Of a stretch of 64,000 bases of DNA, positions 7,792-18,373 are shown piece by piece. Numbering within the stretch: the stretch's first letter is position 1; each line of letters begins with the position of its first letter. Both the position numbers and the translations under genes were made by a program. This DNA is from Actinomycetota bacterium (lineage in GTDB: Bacteria > Actinomycetota > UBA4738 > HRBIN12): the NCBI GenBank assembly GCA_046330185.1, contig JAXLTF010000018.1, positions 4,185 through 68,184 of the forward strand. The letters run 5' to 3'. The notes below the pieces were generated by a model, which worked only from the letters and a program-made list of their open reading frames with translations, searched no databases and was not told the origin of the DNA.

Positions 7792-8657
7792 CGGGAGCCG
7801 CGCAGCCGCTCGGGATCCACCTCGCCCGAGAAGACCCTCGCCGCGGGGCCGAACAGCCGCACCGAGCCGTCCTCTCGACGCTCGATCGACAGCTCCCCGC
7901 CGGGGAAGGCCACGACGGTCGAGCGCGGCACCAGGCCGGCCTCGTTCGCCGCCACCGCGACGGCGCAGGCGCCGCTGCCGCACGCCATCGTCTCCCCCGA
8001 CCCGCGCTCCCACACGCGCGCCACGATCCGGTCGCCGCGCACCTGTGCGAACTCCACGTTCGTGCCCTCGGGGAAGCGCGGGTCGTGCTCCAACGCGGCA
8101 CCCACGTGGGCGACCTGCACCCGCTCGGGGTCGTCATCGAGGAACACCACCAGGTGCGGGTTGCCCATCGAAACCGCCGAGGCCTTCGCGACCCACCCGG
8201 GGCCGAGCTCGATCGGCTCGGCCAGGAACCTCTCCCACGCCGGCCCCCGCATCGGGATCGAGGCGAGCGTGAACGCCGGGGTCCCCATCTCGACCGCGAC
8301 GCCCGCGAGCCGCCCCTCCCGGACGTCGAGCTCCACGAGCTTCGTCCCCGCCCGCGTCCCGATCGGGAACGCCTCCCCGGGCGCGAGGCCCTCGTCGTAC
8401 AGGAGCGCCGCGACGCAGCGGATCCCGTTCCCGCACATCTCCGCTCGGCTGCCGTCCGCGTTCACGTAGTCCATGAAGAACGGCGCCGCGTCGGAGCCCT
8501 CGCCCGTCACGCGGATCACCCCGTCGGCGCCCACCCCGAAACGGCGGTCGCAGAGCGCGGCGATCTCGGCCGCCGTGAACGGCCGTTCGCCGCTGGGGTC
8601 GAGCACCAGCACGAAGTCGTTGCCCGTGCCCTGGTACTTCGCGAACCGAACCGTCAC
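7788..8657 (-). CDS. dapF: Diaminopimelate epimerase
   Basis: FAKYQGTGNDF, NADGSRAEMCGNGIRC, SMGNPH and ERGSGETMACGSGACA. Confidence 0.97.
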   Translation of the reverse strand: MTVRFAKYQGTGNDFVLVLDPSGERPFTAAEIAALCDRRFGVGADGVIRVTGEGSDAAPFFMDYVNADGSRAEMCGNGIRCVAALLYDEGLAPGEAFPIGTRAGTKLVELDVREGRLAGVAVEMGTPAFTLASIPMRGPAWERFLAEPIELGPGWVAKASAVSMGNPHLVVFLDDDPERVQVAHVGAALEHDPRFPEGTNVEFAQVRGDRIVARVWERGSGETMACGSGACAVAVAANEAGLVPRSTVVAFPGGELSIERREDGSVRLFGPAARVFSGEVDPERLRGSR

Positions 8658-9583
8658 CGCAGGCCTTCCTCCAGATGGTCGCCAACCCCGTCGGCCACGC
8701 CGATCGCCCCCTCGGGGCCGGCGTGGAACCACCGGATCCGGGGGTCGCGCCTGAACCACGCGAGCTGGCGCCGCGCCAGGTTCCGGGTCCGGCGGATCGT
8801 CGCGTGGACGGCCTCCTCGAGCGACGTCCGTCCCTCGAGGTGCGCGGCGAGCTCAGCGTAGCCGATGGCCTGCGACGAGGTGAGCCACCCGCCGAAGCCG
8901 CGCTCCATCAGCGCGCGCACCTCGTCCAGCCACCCGGCCCCGAGCATAGCCTCGACGCGACGCGCGATGCGCTCGCGCAGGACGTCGGGCGCCATCGTCA
9001 CCCCGGCCGCGCGCATCGCGTCGTAGGGGTAGCGCTCCCAGGCCGTGGCGAAGGTCGAGAAGGGACGCCCGGTGATCGCCGCGACCTCGAGCGCACGGAC
9101 CGTCCGGCGCAGGTTCGCCGGCTCGATCTTCCCAGCCGCGTCCGGATCGAGGTCGGCGAGGCGCCGGTACAGCGCGGAGGCCCCGACGAGCGCGCCTTCC
9201 GTCTCCAGGTCCACCCGGACCGCCGCGTCGGTCCCCGGGAACCGCAGCTCGTCCACCGCCGCCCGCAGGTAGAGGCCGGAGCCCCCCACCAGGAGAGCCC
9301 GGCGACGGCGCCGCGCGATCGCGGCGAGCGCCGCACGAACGTCCGCCTGGTACCGCGCGACGCTGTAGGGCTCCGAGGGCTCCACGACGTCCACCAGATG
9401 GTGGGGCACGGCCGCGCGCTCGGCGGCCGTCGGCTTCGCCGTTCCGACGTCCATCCCCCGGTACAGCAGCATCGAGTCCACCGAGACGATCTCGGCGCCC
9501 AGGCGGGGTGCGAGGTGCGATGCGAGGGACGTCTTCCCGACGGCGGTCGGCCCGACCAGCGCCAGCGGCCGAGGGTGGGGCAC
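8654..9583 (-). CDS. miaA: tRNA dimethylallyltransferase
   Basis: VGPTAVGKT, VSVDSMLLYRGMDVGTAKP, VGGSGLY and TRNLARRQLAWFR. Confidence 0.97.
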   Translation of the reverse strand: MPHPRPLALVGPTAVGKTSLASHLAPRLGAEIVSVDSMLLYRGMDVGTAKPTAAERAAVPHHLVDVVEPSEPYSVARYQADVRAALAAIARRRRRALLVGGSGLYLRAAVDELRFPGTDAAVRVDLETEGALVGASALYRRLADLDPDAAGKIEPANLRRTVRALEVAAITGRPFSTFATAWERYPYDAMRAAGVTMAPDVLRERIARRVEAMLGAGWLDEVRALMERGFGGWLTSSQAIGYAELAAHLEGRTSLEEAVHATIRRTRNLARRQLAWFRRDPRIRWFHAGPEGAIGVADGVGDHLEEGLR

Positions 9584-9594
9584 GGCGGGCCGCC

Positions 9595-10938
9595 TCAGAC
9601 GGCCACGGGCTCCGCGGCCGGTGCCAGCTCGCCCGTGAGGTGGTGAGCCGCGGCGTCGACGATCCTGGCGGCGGCGAAGGTCCCGGGCTCGAGGGCCACG
9701 CCGAGGTGGACGATCCTGTTCGTGCGGGTTCGCCCCTGCGCCCCGGGTCCGCGCTTGCCCTCGCCCTCGACGAGCACCTCGACGGTCGTTCCCAGCTGCT
9801 CGCGCGCACGCCCGAGCGAGATCCGCTCCTGCAACGCGACGAGCCGTTCGAACCGCTCCTGGACGATCCCCTTGGGGACCTGGTCCTCGAACGACGCGGC
9901 GCGCGTCCCGGGGCGCGGCGAGTACTGGAAGGTGTACGCCGAGTCGAAGCGGGCACGCCCGACCACGTCGAGCGTGTCGGCGAAGTCGTCCTCGGTCTCG
10001 CCGGGGAACCCGACGATCACGTCGGTCGAGACCCCGATCGAGGGGATCGCGTCCCGGATCCGCTCGAGCCAGCCGAGGTAGCGGTCGCGGCGGTACGACC
10101 GCCGCATCGCCCGCAGCACACGGTCCGACCCCGACTGGAGCGGGAAGTGGATGTGCTCGCAGACGGCGGGTGTCTCCGCCATCGCGTCGATCACGTCCGG
10201 GGTGAAGTCGTGTGGGTGCGGCGACGTGAAGCGCAGCCGGCGGAGCCCCTCGACCCGGCCGACCGCGCGCAGCAGATCGGCGAACAGCGGCCGGCGCGAG
10301 CTCCCGGGGACCGTCACGTCGCGCCCGTACGTGTTCACGTTCTGGCCGAGCAGCGTCACCTCGACCACGCCGCGGGCGACCAGGCCCTGGACCTCGGCCA
10401 GGATGTCGCCGATCGGACGCGACCGCTGCGGTCCGCGCACGAGCGGCACGATGCAGAACGTGCAAGCGTTGTCGCAGCCGGGCGCGATCGACACCCACGC
10501 CCGGAACGCGTCGTGTCGCGCGGCCGGCAGCGCGCCGGGGAAGACCTCCGTGTACTCCCGGACGTCCAGCTGCGGCCCATCCGTGGCCGACGCGCGCAGG
10601 AGCTCGACGAGCTGAGGGAGCGCGTGCGTGCCGATCACGACATCCACCCAGGGCGCCCGGTCCTGGATCGTCCCCCGGTCCTTCTGGGCGAGGCACCCGG
10701 CGACGACGATCCGGAGTCCGGGATCTCGTTCCTTCAGCGGCTTCAGGTGCCCCAGGTTGCCGTACAGCCGGTTGTCCGCGTTCTCGCGGATCGCGCACGT
10801 GTTGAAGACGACGACCCGCGCATCGCCCAGGTCCTGCGTCGGGGTCATCCCGTCGGCCATGAGCAGCCCGGCGATCCGCTCGGAGTCGTGCTGGTTCATC
10901 TGGCACCCGAAGGTGCGGATCAGGAAGCGGTCCGCCAT
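9595..10938 (-). CDS. miaB: tRNA-2-methylthio-N6-dimethylallyladenosine synthase
   Basis: TFGCQMNQHDSE, radical SAM GCDNACTFCIVP and C-terminal TRAM domain. Confidence 0.97.
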   Translation of the reverse strand: MADRFLIRTFGCQMNQHDSERIAGLLMADGMTPTQDLGDARVVVFNTCAIRENADNRLYGNLGHLKPLKERDPGLRIVVAGCLAQKDRGTIQDRAPWVDVVIGTHALPQLVELLRASATDGPQLDVREYTEVFPGALPAARHDAFRAWVSIAPGCDNACTFCIVPLVRGPQRSRPIGDILAEVQGLVARGVVEVTLLGQNVNTYGRDVTVPGSSRRPLFADLLRAVGRVEGLRRLRFTSPHPHDFTPDVIDAMAETPAVCEHIHFPLQSGSDRVLRAMRRSYRRDRYLGWLERIRDAIPSIGVSTDVIVGFPGETEDDFADTLDVVGRARFDSAYTFQYSPRPGTRAASFEDQVPKGIVQERFERLVALQERISLGRAREQLGTTVEVLVEGEGKRGPGAQGRTRTNRIVHLGVALEPGTFAAARIVDAAAHHLTGELAPAAEPVAV

Positions 10939-10974
10939 CGTGCCTCCGAGGCTACCCCGCGGCGCGGCGCGCTC

Positions 10975-12506
10975 CTACTTCGCGTACTCGACGGCGCGCG
11001 TTTCGCGCACCACCGTGATCTTGATCTGGCCGGGGTACTGGAGCTCCTCCTCCACCTGCTTCGCGATGTCGCGCGCGATCGTCTGAGCCTGGAGGTCGTC
11101 CACGTCCTCGGGCTGGACCATCACGCGGACCTCGCGGCCCGCCTGCATCGCGAACGTCTTGACGACGCCGGGCTGGGCGGTGCAGATCTCCTCGAGCCGC
11201 TCGAGCCGCTTCACGTAGGTCTCGAGGCTCTCGCGCCGCGCTCCCGGACGGCCGCCCGAGATCGAGTCGGCGATCTGGGCGAGCACCGCGTCGACCGAGT
11301 GCTGCTCGACCTCGCCGTGATGGGACTCGATGCAGTGGACGACCTCGGGGCTCTCCTTCAGGCGTCGCGCGATCTCGGCTCCGATGATCGCGTGCGACCC
11401 CTCGATCTCGTGGGTGACCGCCTTCCCGATGTCGTGAAGGAAGGCCCCACGCTTCGCGACCGTGGCGTCGACCCCGATCTCGGCGGCCAGGGCGCTCGCG
11501 ATGTGCGCCGACTCGACCAGGTGCTTCAGCACGTTCTGTCCGTACGACGTCCGGTACTGCAGCTGCCCGAGGAGCTTGACCAGGTCGGGATGGATGTCGG
11601 TGATCCCGACCTCGGCCACCGCGTCCTCCCCCGCCCGCCGGATCTGCTCCTCCAGGTCGCGGAGCGAACGCTCGTGGACCTCCTCGATCCTCGCCGGGTG
11701 GATCCGCCCGTCCGAGACCAGCTTCTCGAGCGTCATCCGGGCGGCCTCGCGACGCACGGGATCGAAGCTGGACAGGACGACGGCCTCCGGCGTGTCGTCG
11801 ATGATCAGGTTCACGCCCGTCGTCGCCTCGAAGGCCCGGATGTTGCGGCCCTCACGGCCGATGATGCGTCCCTTCATGTCCTCGGACGGGAGCGCGAAGA
11901 CCGACACCGTGGACTCGGCCGTCTGCTCGGAGGCGACACGCTGGATCGCGATCGTCACGATCTTGCGGGCCCGCTCCTCGCCCTCCTCGCGCGCCCGTTG
12001 CTCGATCTCGCGCACCTGCGCCATCGCCCCGCGTTTGGCCTCGTCCACCATCTGGGCGACCAGCTGGTCGCGGGCCTCGTGCGAGGTCATGCCCGCGATC
12101 TTCTCGAGCTCCGCGCGGTGGACCTCGGTCGCGCGCTCGAGCTGCTCCCGGACGAACTGGAGCTTCCGGTCACGTTCCTCGAGCTCGGTGGCGCGGTCCT
12201 CCACCGCCGACGCGCGCCGACGGAGCTCCTCCTCGGCCTGGGTCAGACGGACCTCGGCCCGCCCGACCTCCTCCCGGCGCAGGCGGACGTCCTCCTCGGC
12301 GTCGCGGCGCATCGCCCCGATCTCGTCCCTGACGTCCTGCAGGGAGCGCTTGACCGTGACGTCCGCCTCGCGTTCGGCGTCCAGCAGGAGCTTCGAGCCT
12401 TGGCCTCGACGCTCTGGGCGTTCGAGATCGCCATCGTCTTGCGCAGGTAGAACCCCGCGGCGATCCCCACCAGCAGGGCCGCGCAACCCACCAGCACCGG
12501 AACCAT
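10975..12506 (-). CDS. rny: Ribonuclease Y; apparent 1-nt deletion near 12395 separates the TM anchor from the rest
   Basis: KH ([14 protein letters not shown]) and HD (FLHDIGKA) domains. The N-terminal [25 protein letters not shown] lies in the adjacent frame behind a GGGAGG RBS. Confidence 0.95.
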
Positions 12507-12712
12507 CGTGCCTCCCAACCCATCGTCGTCGGGAGAGGGTTCCCGGGGATCATCCGAGGTTCACGCCTGGAGCGAGGGCGCGCGGGCGCGCGCGGTCAGC
12601 CGATGGCCCTCCGCGCTGGTGCTCGTGCTCCCTGGCTCGTCATCGGGTGGTCGGTCCTTGGCGTCTGGTCGGTGAACGTCGGGTGTCCGTGGAACGTCTC
12701 TCGTACCGAGCG

Positions 12713-12741
12713 ATGCTACGGCCGCGACCCGGCCGAGACAA
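12713..12741 (-). promoter_or_regulatory. Putative rny promoter (TTGTCT-17-TAGCAT)
   Basis: Canonical spacing; implies a 5' UTR of about 200 nt. Confidence 0.55.
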
Positions 12742-12770
12742 GGGTCCGGAAGGCTGAGGTTGCTCCCGGC

Positions 12771-13268
12771 TCAGTCGTCCCCGAGGGCGCCTCGGGGCTC
12801 CAGGACCCGCCGGGCCACCGCCCGCGACGTGCCGGGATCGTAGCCACGGCGCATCAGGAAACCCGCCAGCCGATGGAAGGCCGCGGCCTCGTCGAGACCC
12901 CGCAGGCGCCCGAGCCGGGACCGGGCGAGGCGCTCGGCACGACCCTCGGGATCGTCGTCCAGCTCGGCGAGCGTGGCCGCGACCAGATCCGGCGCCACCC
13001 CCTTGGCGGCCAGGGCCGACACGACCGCCCGCGTGCCCGAGCGCCGGCCCACGAGCTCGTGCCGGGCCAGCTGGCGCGCGAACTCGCGGTCGTCCACGAG
13101 GCCCACCGCCTCCAGGCGGACCAGCTCGGCGTCGACCTCCCCGGCCGGGAACCCCGCCTGCAGGAGCCGCCGCTCGAGCTCACGGCGGCTCCTGGCCCGG
13201 ACCGCTAGCAGCCCGAGGGCCCGCTCGTGGCAACCCTTGGGGTTGCGGGCCCTGGAGGCGGCGGGCAC
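12771..13268 (-). CDS. recX: Regulatory protein RecX
   Basis: ERALGLLAVRARSRRELERRL...LVDDREFA...FLMRRGY; directly downstream of recA. Confidence 0.93.
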   Translation of the reverse strand: MPAASRARNPKGCHERALGLLAVRARSRRELERRLLQAGFPAGEVDAELVRLEAVGLVDDREFARQLARHELVGRRSGTRAVVSALAAKGVAPDLVAATLAELDDDPEGRAERLARSRLGRLRGLDEAAAFHRLAGFLMRRGYDPGTSRAVARRVLEPRGALGDD

Positions 13269-13272
13269 CGCC

Positions 13273-14364
<1,092 letters not shown>

Positions 14365-14437
14365 CCCCGAAGCCTCCTTCTGGCCTCCCGGCCCGCCGGA
14401 GAGGAGGATCCGACGGCGCTCGTCGTTGCGTTCGGCG

Positions 14438-14459
14438 ACCCTAGCGGTCGGTGCTGACA
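14438..14459 (-). promoter_or_regulatory. RecA-NDp/PafBC-like promoter motif (TGTCAG-N10-TAGGGT)
   Basis: Fits the TGTC(G/A)G-N10-TA-N3-T pattern of the LexA-independent mycobacterial recA P1. Confidence 0.6.
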
Positions 14460-14498
14460 TAAGTTACACCCCTGTGATCCGCGGTCCCTCGGGGTCGA

Positions 14499-14527
14499 AC
14501 GGTACTCGAACGGGTGTTCGAGCGCAA
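14499..14527 (-). promoter_or_regulatory. LexA-repressed recA promoter: TTGCGC-17-TACCGT with an SOS box (14506-14521) in the spacer
   Basis: TCGAAC-GGGT-GTTCGA occupies 16 of the 17 spacer bases. Confidence 0.85.
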
Positions 14528-14545
14528 CGACCCCGCCGCTCCCGC

Positions 14546-15136
14546 TCAGCTCGACCCCGACAGCGGGAAGGTCCCGAGGGGCTCGTAGCGGGGCGCGGGG
14601 CTCCGGAGATGGCTGCGGAACAGCACGAGGCGCTCGACCGTGAAGGGCGTCGCCTCGATCGGCGTCGCCAGCAGGGCCGGATCGAGGCGGAGCGGCGGGT
14701 CCGAGCGGGCCACCGTCAGGTGCGCCGTGAAGGCCCGCTCCTCCCGCGGGACCTCCGCCGCGAGCGCTTCGTCCAGCGATCCCGCGATCGCCGCGAGCCG
14801 TCCCCGCGCGTCCTCCAGCCCCACCCACAGGACCCGGGTGCGCCCGGGCGACGGGAACGACCCTAGCGAGGTGAGCCGGGTGGGCGCGGTCGCGTGCGCC
14901 GCGGCGACCCCCGACACAGTCTCGGCCACCCACGGGACGAGCCGCGGCGGGGTCGATCCCAGGAACCTCATCGTCACGTGCCAGCTCCCGGCCGGGGCCC
15001 ACCGAGCCCGCGGGAAGGCGGAGCGGATCGGCGCCACGGCGCGCTCCACGACCCGCCTCGCCCCGTCCGGGATCTCGACCGCGACGAACAGACGCGCCGG
15101 CTTCGCCTCGGGGATAGCCGCACGGTCCCGCGTCAT
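14546..15136 (-). CDS. thpR: RNA 2',3'-cyclic phosphodiesterase (2H family)
   Basis: Two HxT motifs (WHVTMRFLG, AHLTVAR); between cinA and recA. Confidence 0.92.
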   Translation of the reverse strand: MTRDRAAIPEAKPARLFVAVEIPDGARRVVERAVAPIRSAFPRARWAPAGSWHVTMRFLGSTPPRLVPWVAETVSGVAAAHATAPTRLTSLGSFPSPGRTRVLWVGLEDARGRLAAIAGSLDEALAAEVPREERAFTAHLTVARSDPPLRLDPALLATPIEATPFTVERLVLFRSHLRSPAPRYEPLGTFPLSGSS

Positions 15137-15154
15137 GCGGAGCGACGCCCGCCC

Positions 15155-16420
15155 TCAGATCACCCGGTCGGACGTCGGCAGGGGACGGCCCTCGAGGTGC
15201 CGGCGGAGCAGATCCAGGGCCCCCTGCTCGGCCCACCTGCGCACGCGCTCGCGATCGCCGGTCGCCACGAAGGTCCGGGCGTGGTCGACGCCCTCGCCCG
15301 CCAACGCCAGCCAGACCGTCCCCGCGGGCGCGCCGCCGTGAGGCTCGGGACCGGCCGCCCCCGTGAGCGCGACCGCCAGATCGGCCGCGAAGATCCGCCG
15401 GGCGCCGGCGGCCATCTCCCGGGCGCACGCCTCGCTGACCACCCCGGGGCCCGCGATCGTCGCCGGCGTCACGCCCAGGACGTCGCGCTTCGCGTCCGCC
15501 GTGTACACGACCGCCGATCCGCGGAAGGCGTCCGAGGCGCCGGGGACCGACGTGATCCTGGCCGCGACGCTGCCGCCGGTGAGCGACTCCGCGAGCGCGA
15601 GCGAGCGGCCGCCGCCGCGGAGCAGTCGCAGCACGGCCTCCTCCAGCCGTTCATCCGCCGTGGTGAACACGAGGTCGCCCAGCCGCGCGACGACCTGGTC
15701 CATGAGGGGCGCCAACATCGCCTCGGCTAGATCGGCGTCGCTCGCCTTCGCGGTCAGGCGGATCTTGACCTCGCCCGCGTCCGCCAGGAACGCGACGCTC
15801 GGGTTCTCGGTGGCGGCGAACAGGTCGTCCAGGAGCTCGGCCACCCGCGACTCCCCGATCGCCGTGCAGCGCACCACGCGCGAGACCAGGGCGGCCCCCG
15901 AGCGCTCCGCGAGCTCGGGCAGGATCGTGCGCTCCATCATCTCGACCATCTCGGCCGGCACGCCGGCCACCGCGTAGATCCGGCCCCCTCCGGGAAGTTC
16001 CCCTGCGAGTCCCGGGGCGCTGCCCCGCTCGGGCCACAGCATCCGGAACCCCCGCGGCGCGTCGGCCTGCCGGAGGTTGTTCTCGGGCATCTCCCCGCGC
16101 CCGAAGCCCCCGAACCGCTCGCGGAGCCACGCCACGTACCCGGGGTCGCGCACGAGCGGGAGCCCCAGGAACAGCGCGATGGCCTCCCGCGTGACATCGT
16201 CCTGCGTCGGACCGAGCCCGCCGGTCACGAGGACCACGTCCGCCCGGCTCGCCGCGAGGCGAAGGCCGCCGACGATGCGCTCGATGTTGTCCCCGATCAC
16301 CTGGTGGTGGGTCACGTCCACGCCCACGGCGGCGAGCCGCTCGGACATCCAACGCGCGTTGGTGTTCGCGATCTGACCGAGCAGGATCTCTGTGCCGACC
16401 GCGACGATCTCGGCGCGCAC
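15155..16420 (-). CDS. cinA: Competence/damage-inducible CinA (MoCF domain plus PncC NMN deamidase)
   Basis: MRAEIVAVGTEILLGQIANTNA, TGGLGPTQDDVT and AESLTGG...PGAS. Confidence 0.96.
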   Translation of the reverse strand: MRAEIVAVGTEILLGQIANTNARWMSERLAAVGVDVTHHQVIGDNIERIVGGLRLAASRADVVLVTGGLGPTQDDVTREAIALFLGLPLVRDPGYVAWLRERFGGFGRGEMPENNLRQADAPRGFRMLWPERGSAPGLAGELPGGGRIYAVAGVPAEMVEMMERTILPELAERSGAALVSRVVRCTAIGESRVAELLDDLFAATENPSVAFLADAGEVKIRLTAKASDADLAEAMLAPLMDQVVARLGDLVFTTADERLEEAVLRLLRGGGRSLALAESLTGGSVAARITSVPGASDAFRGSAVVYTADAKRDVLGVTPATIAGPGVVSEACAREMAAGARRIFAADLAVALTGAAGPEPHGGAPAGTVWLALAGEGVDHARTFVATGDRERVRRWAEQGALDLLRRHLEGRPLPTSDRVI

Positions 16421-16426
16421 CGGGTC

Positions 16427-17146
16427 TCAGGCTCCCGAAGCGGAGCCGAACGTCCACCCGTCCGACCATGGAGCGCCGGGCGAGCCCGGGAACCCGTACG
16501 CGATCCCGTTCACGGTCAGCCGGAACGCGGCTCCGTCCTCGGCCTCCAGGGCGAGCGAGACCTCGGCGGTGAACGTTCGTGTCTCGCCGGCGGTGAGCTC
16601 GTACCGCGTACGCACGCCATCCGCGTCGGCCACGATCTCGACGTCGCGGATGGCCTCGACCACGGCGTCGATGCTCCGATCGGCGGGCTCCGGCGGCTCG
16701 GCGACGCTCGGCAACGACGCCGCCTCGGGCGTGGAGTGCCCCCGCGAGACCAGGCCGAACACGACCGCGACCAGCAGGGCGATCGCGGCGAGGATCACCA
16801 TCAGGCGCTGGTTGTCCCGGATCCGCGTGGCCGCGATCGCACGCTCGACCCTCCCCAGCTTGGCCGGGGGCGGCGGTGGGCCGGGGTCGTCGACGTGGCG
16901 CGCGTAGATCCCGACCACCTTCTCGGGATCCAGGCCCAGGTAGGCGGCGTACGTGCGCAGGGAGCCGCGGACGTAGACGTCACCCAGCAGCGCATCGAAG
17001 TCCTCGTCCTCCAGGGCCCGCAGGTGATCCACGCTGAGCTTCGTGTCGCGGCTGGCCGCGTCGCGGGTGACCCCGCGGTGCTCCCGCGCCTTGCGGAGCG
17101 CGGAGCCCAGCCCGATCAACGTGTCGTTCGAGGAACCTCCGGCCAT
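16427..17146 (-). CDS. RodZ-like HTH membrane protein
   Basis: XRE HTH (LRALEDEDF...YVRGSLRTYAAYLGLD), one TM segment and a C-terminal extracellular beta domain; in the usual ftsK-cinA position. Confidence 0.85.
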   Translation of the reverse strand: MAGGSSNDTLIGLGSALRKAREHRGVTRDAASRDTKLSVDHLRALEDEDFDALLGDVYVRGSLRTYAAYLGLDPEKVVGIYARHVDDPGPPPPPAKLGRVERAIAATRIRDNQRLMVILAAIALLVAVVFGLVSRGHSTPEAASLPSVAEPPEPADRSIDAVVEAIRDVEIVADADGVRTRYELTAGETRTFTAEVSLALEAEDGAAFRLTVNGIAYGFPGSPGAPWSDGWTFGSASGA

Positions 17147-17192
17147 GGGAACGCCGCGATGATAGCGCCGCCGCCCTCGCTAGACTCCCGCC

Positions 17193-17801
17193 GTGCCTCC
17201 CGAGGGGTCCGCGCGCGCCGTGCGCACGATCGCCGATGCTCGCGCGGCCCGAGGGGCGGGCAGCGCGCTCGGCGAGGGCCGCCGGGTCCTGCTGCGCCAC
17301 CCCGTTGCGGGAGATCGGCGGGAGTTCCTGGAGCGGAGCCGCGCCTCTCGCTCCCTGCACCGGCCCTGGGTCCATCCCCCCGAGGACGACCGGGCGTTCG
17401 CGACCTTCGTCCGCCGCGACCCCGACGGTCGATCCGAGCGGCTCCTCGTCTGCAGGCGCGAGGACGGAGCCATCGTCGGCGTCTACCACCTGTCCCAGAT
17501 CTTCTACGGGCCCCTGCGCAGCGCCTACCTCGGCTACTACGCGTTCACGCCCTACGCCGGACGCGGCTACATGAGCGAGGGGCTCGGCCTGGTCCTTCGG
17601 CACGCCTTCGGGCCGCTCGGGCTGCACCGGCTCGAGGCCAACATCCAGCCCGGCAACATCGCCTCGATCGCGCTGGTCCGCGGCGCGGGCTTCCGCCGCG
17701 AGGGCTTCTCCCCCAGGTACCTGAAGATCGGCGGTCGATGGCGCGACCACGAGCGCTGGGCGATCCTCGCCGAGGAGGTTTCGCGGCCCCGCCGGCGGTG
17801 A
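17193..17801 (+). CDS. RimJ/RimL-family GNAT acetyltransferase
   Basis: AYLGYY...YAGRGYMSEGL...LHRLEANIQPGNIASIALVRGAGFRREG...WRDHERWA; TAGACT 6 nt before the GTG. Confidence 0.9.
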   Translation: MPPEGSARAVRTIADARAARGAGSALGEGRRVLLRHPVAGDRREFLERSRASRSLHRPWVHPPEDDRAFATFVRRDPDGRSERLLVCRREDGAIVGVYHLSQIFYGPLRSAYLGYYAFTPYAGRGYMSEGLGLVLRHAFGPLGLHRLEANIQPGNIASIALVRGAGFRREGFSPRYLKIGGRWRDHERWAILAEEVSRPRRR

Positions 17802-17941
17802 GGCGGCCGTGAGGGGTCATCCGCCGTCGGCCCGGGGGTCGCCTTAGAGCGAAGGTAGCCGCGGCTTTTCAGCCTTTCGGCCGCTGCGGCGCGCCGACGG
17901 GGTGACATAGATTCCCCCGTGAGGGGGATGAGCGAGGACCG

Positions 17942-18346
17942 ATGGAGCGAGACGACACGCGCGAGCATCTGACGGCGAGGTGGACCGACCTCTCGCCCTT
18001 CTCGACGGCCCCGACGCCGGTGCACGTCCCGGACCTGCTCTCGGAGGGCCCCGTGCGGTTCCTGCTCCTGTCGGGGGACCTCGACGACGGTGGATGGGGG
18101 CTGATCGGAGCGTTCTGGCTCTCGATCGACAGCGGCCGGGGCGGCTTCATCCTGTCCCCCGAGGCGTTGTGGAACGGGAGCGAGATGGTCCGCAGCTTCC
18201 GAGGGGCCGTCGCCCGGGGTTGGACCGAGGAGGAGATCTACACCTACTGGCAGAGCCTGGTGGGCGTCGCCGGCGCGTACATGGTCGACCCCCAGCAACA
18301 CGCGGACAACCTGTTCCAGGTCGCCCGTCGCGTCGGCGCCGTCTGA
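17942..18346 (+). CDS. Hypothetical protein (134 aa, Trp-rich)
   Basis: Fills the GNAT-ftsK gap, has high-GC codon usage, a GAGGA RBS and an upstream TAGATT. No motif recognised. Confidence 0.7.
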   Translation: MERDDTREHLTARWTDLSPFSTAPTPVHVPDLLSEGPVRFLLLSGDLDDGGWGLIGAFWLSIDSGRGGFILSPEALWNGSEMVRSFRGAVARGWTEEEIYTYWQSLVGVAGAYMVDPQQHADNLFQVARRVGAV

Positions 18347-18373
18347 ACCGGGCCCGGGACGTCCCGGACGTCC

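Noticed and set aside
14495-14510. Second overlapping TCGAAC half-site upstream of recA
   Set aside because: The right half (CTCGAA) does not match GTTC; it overlaps the -10 and is explained by it.
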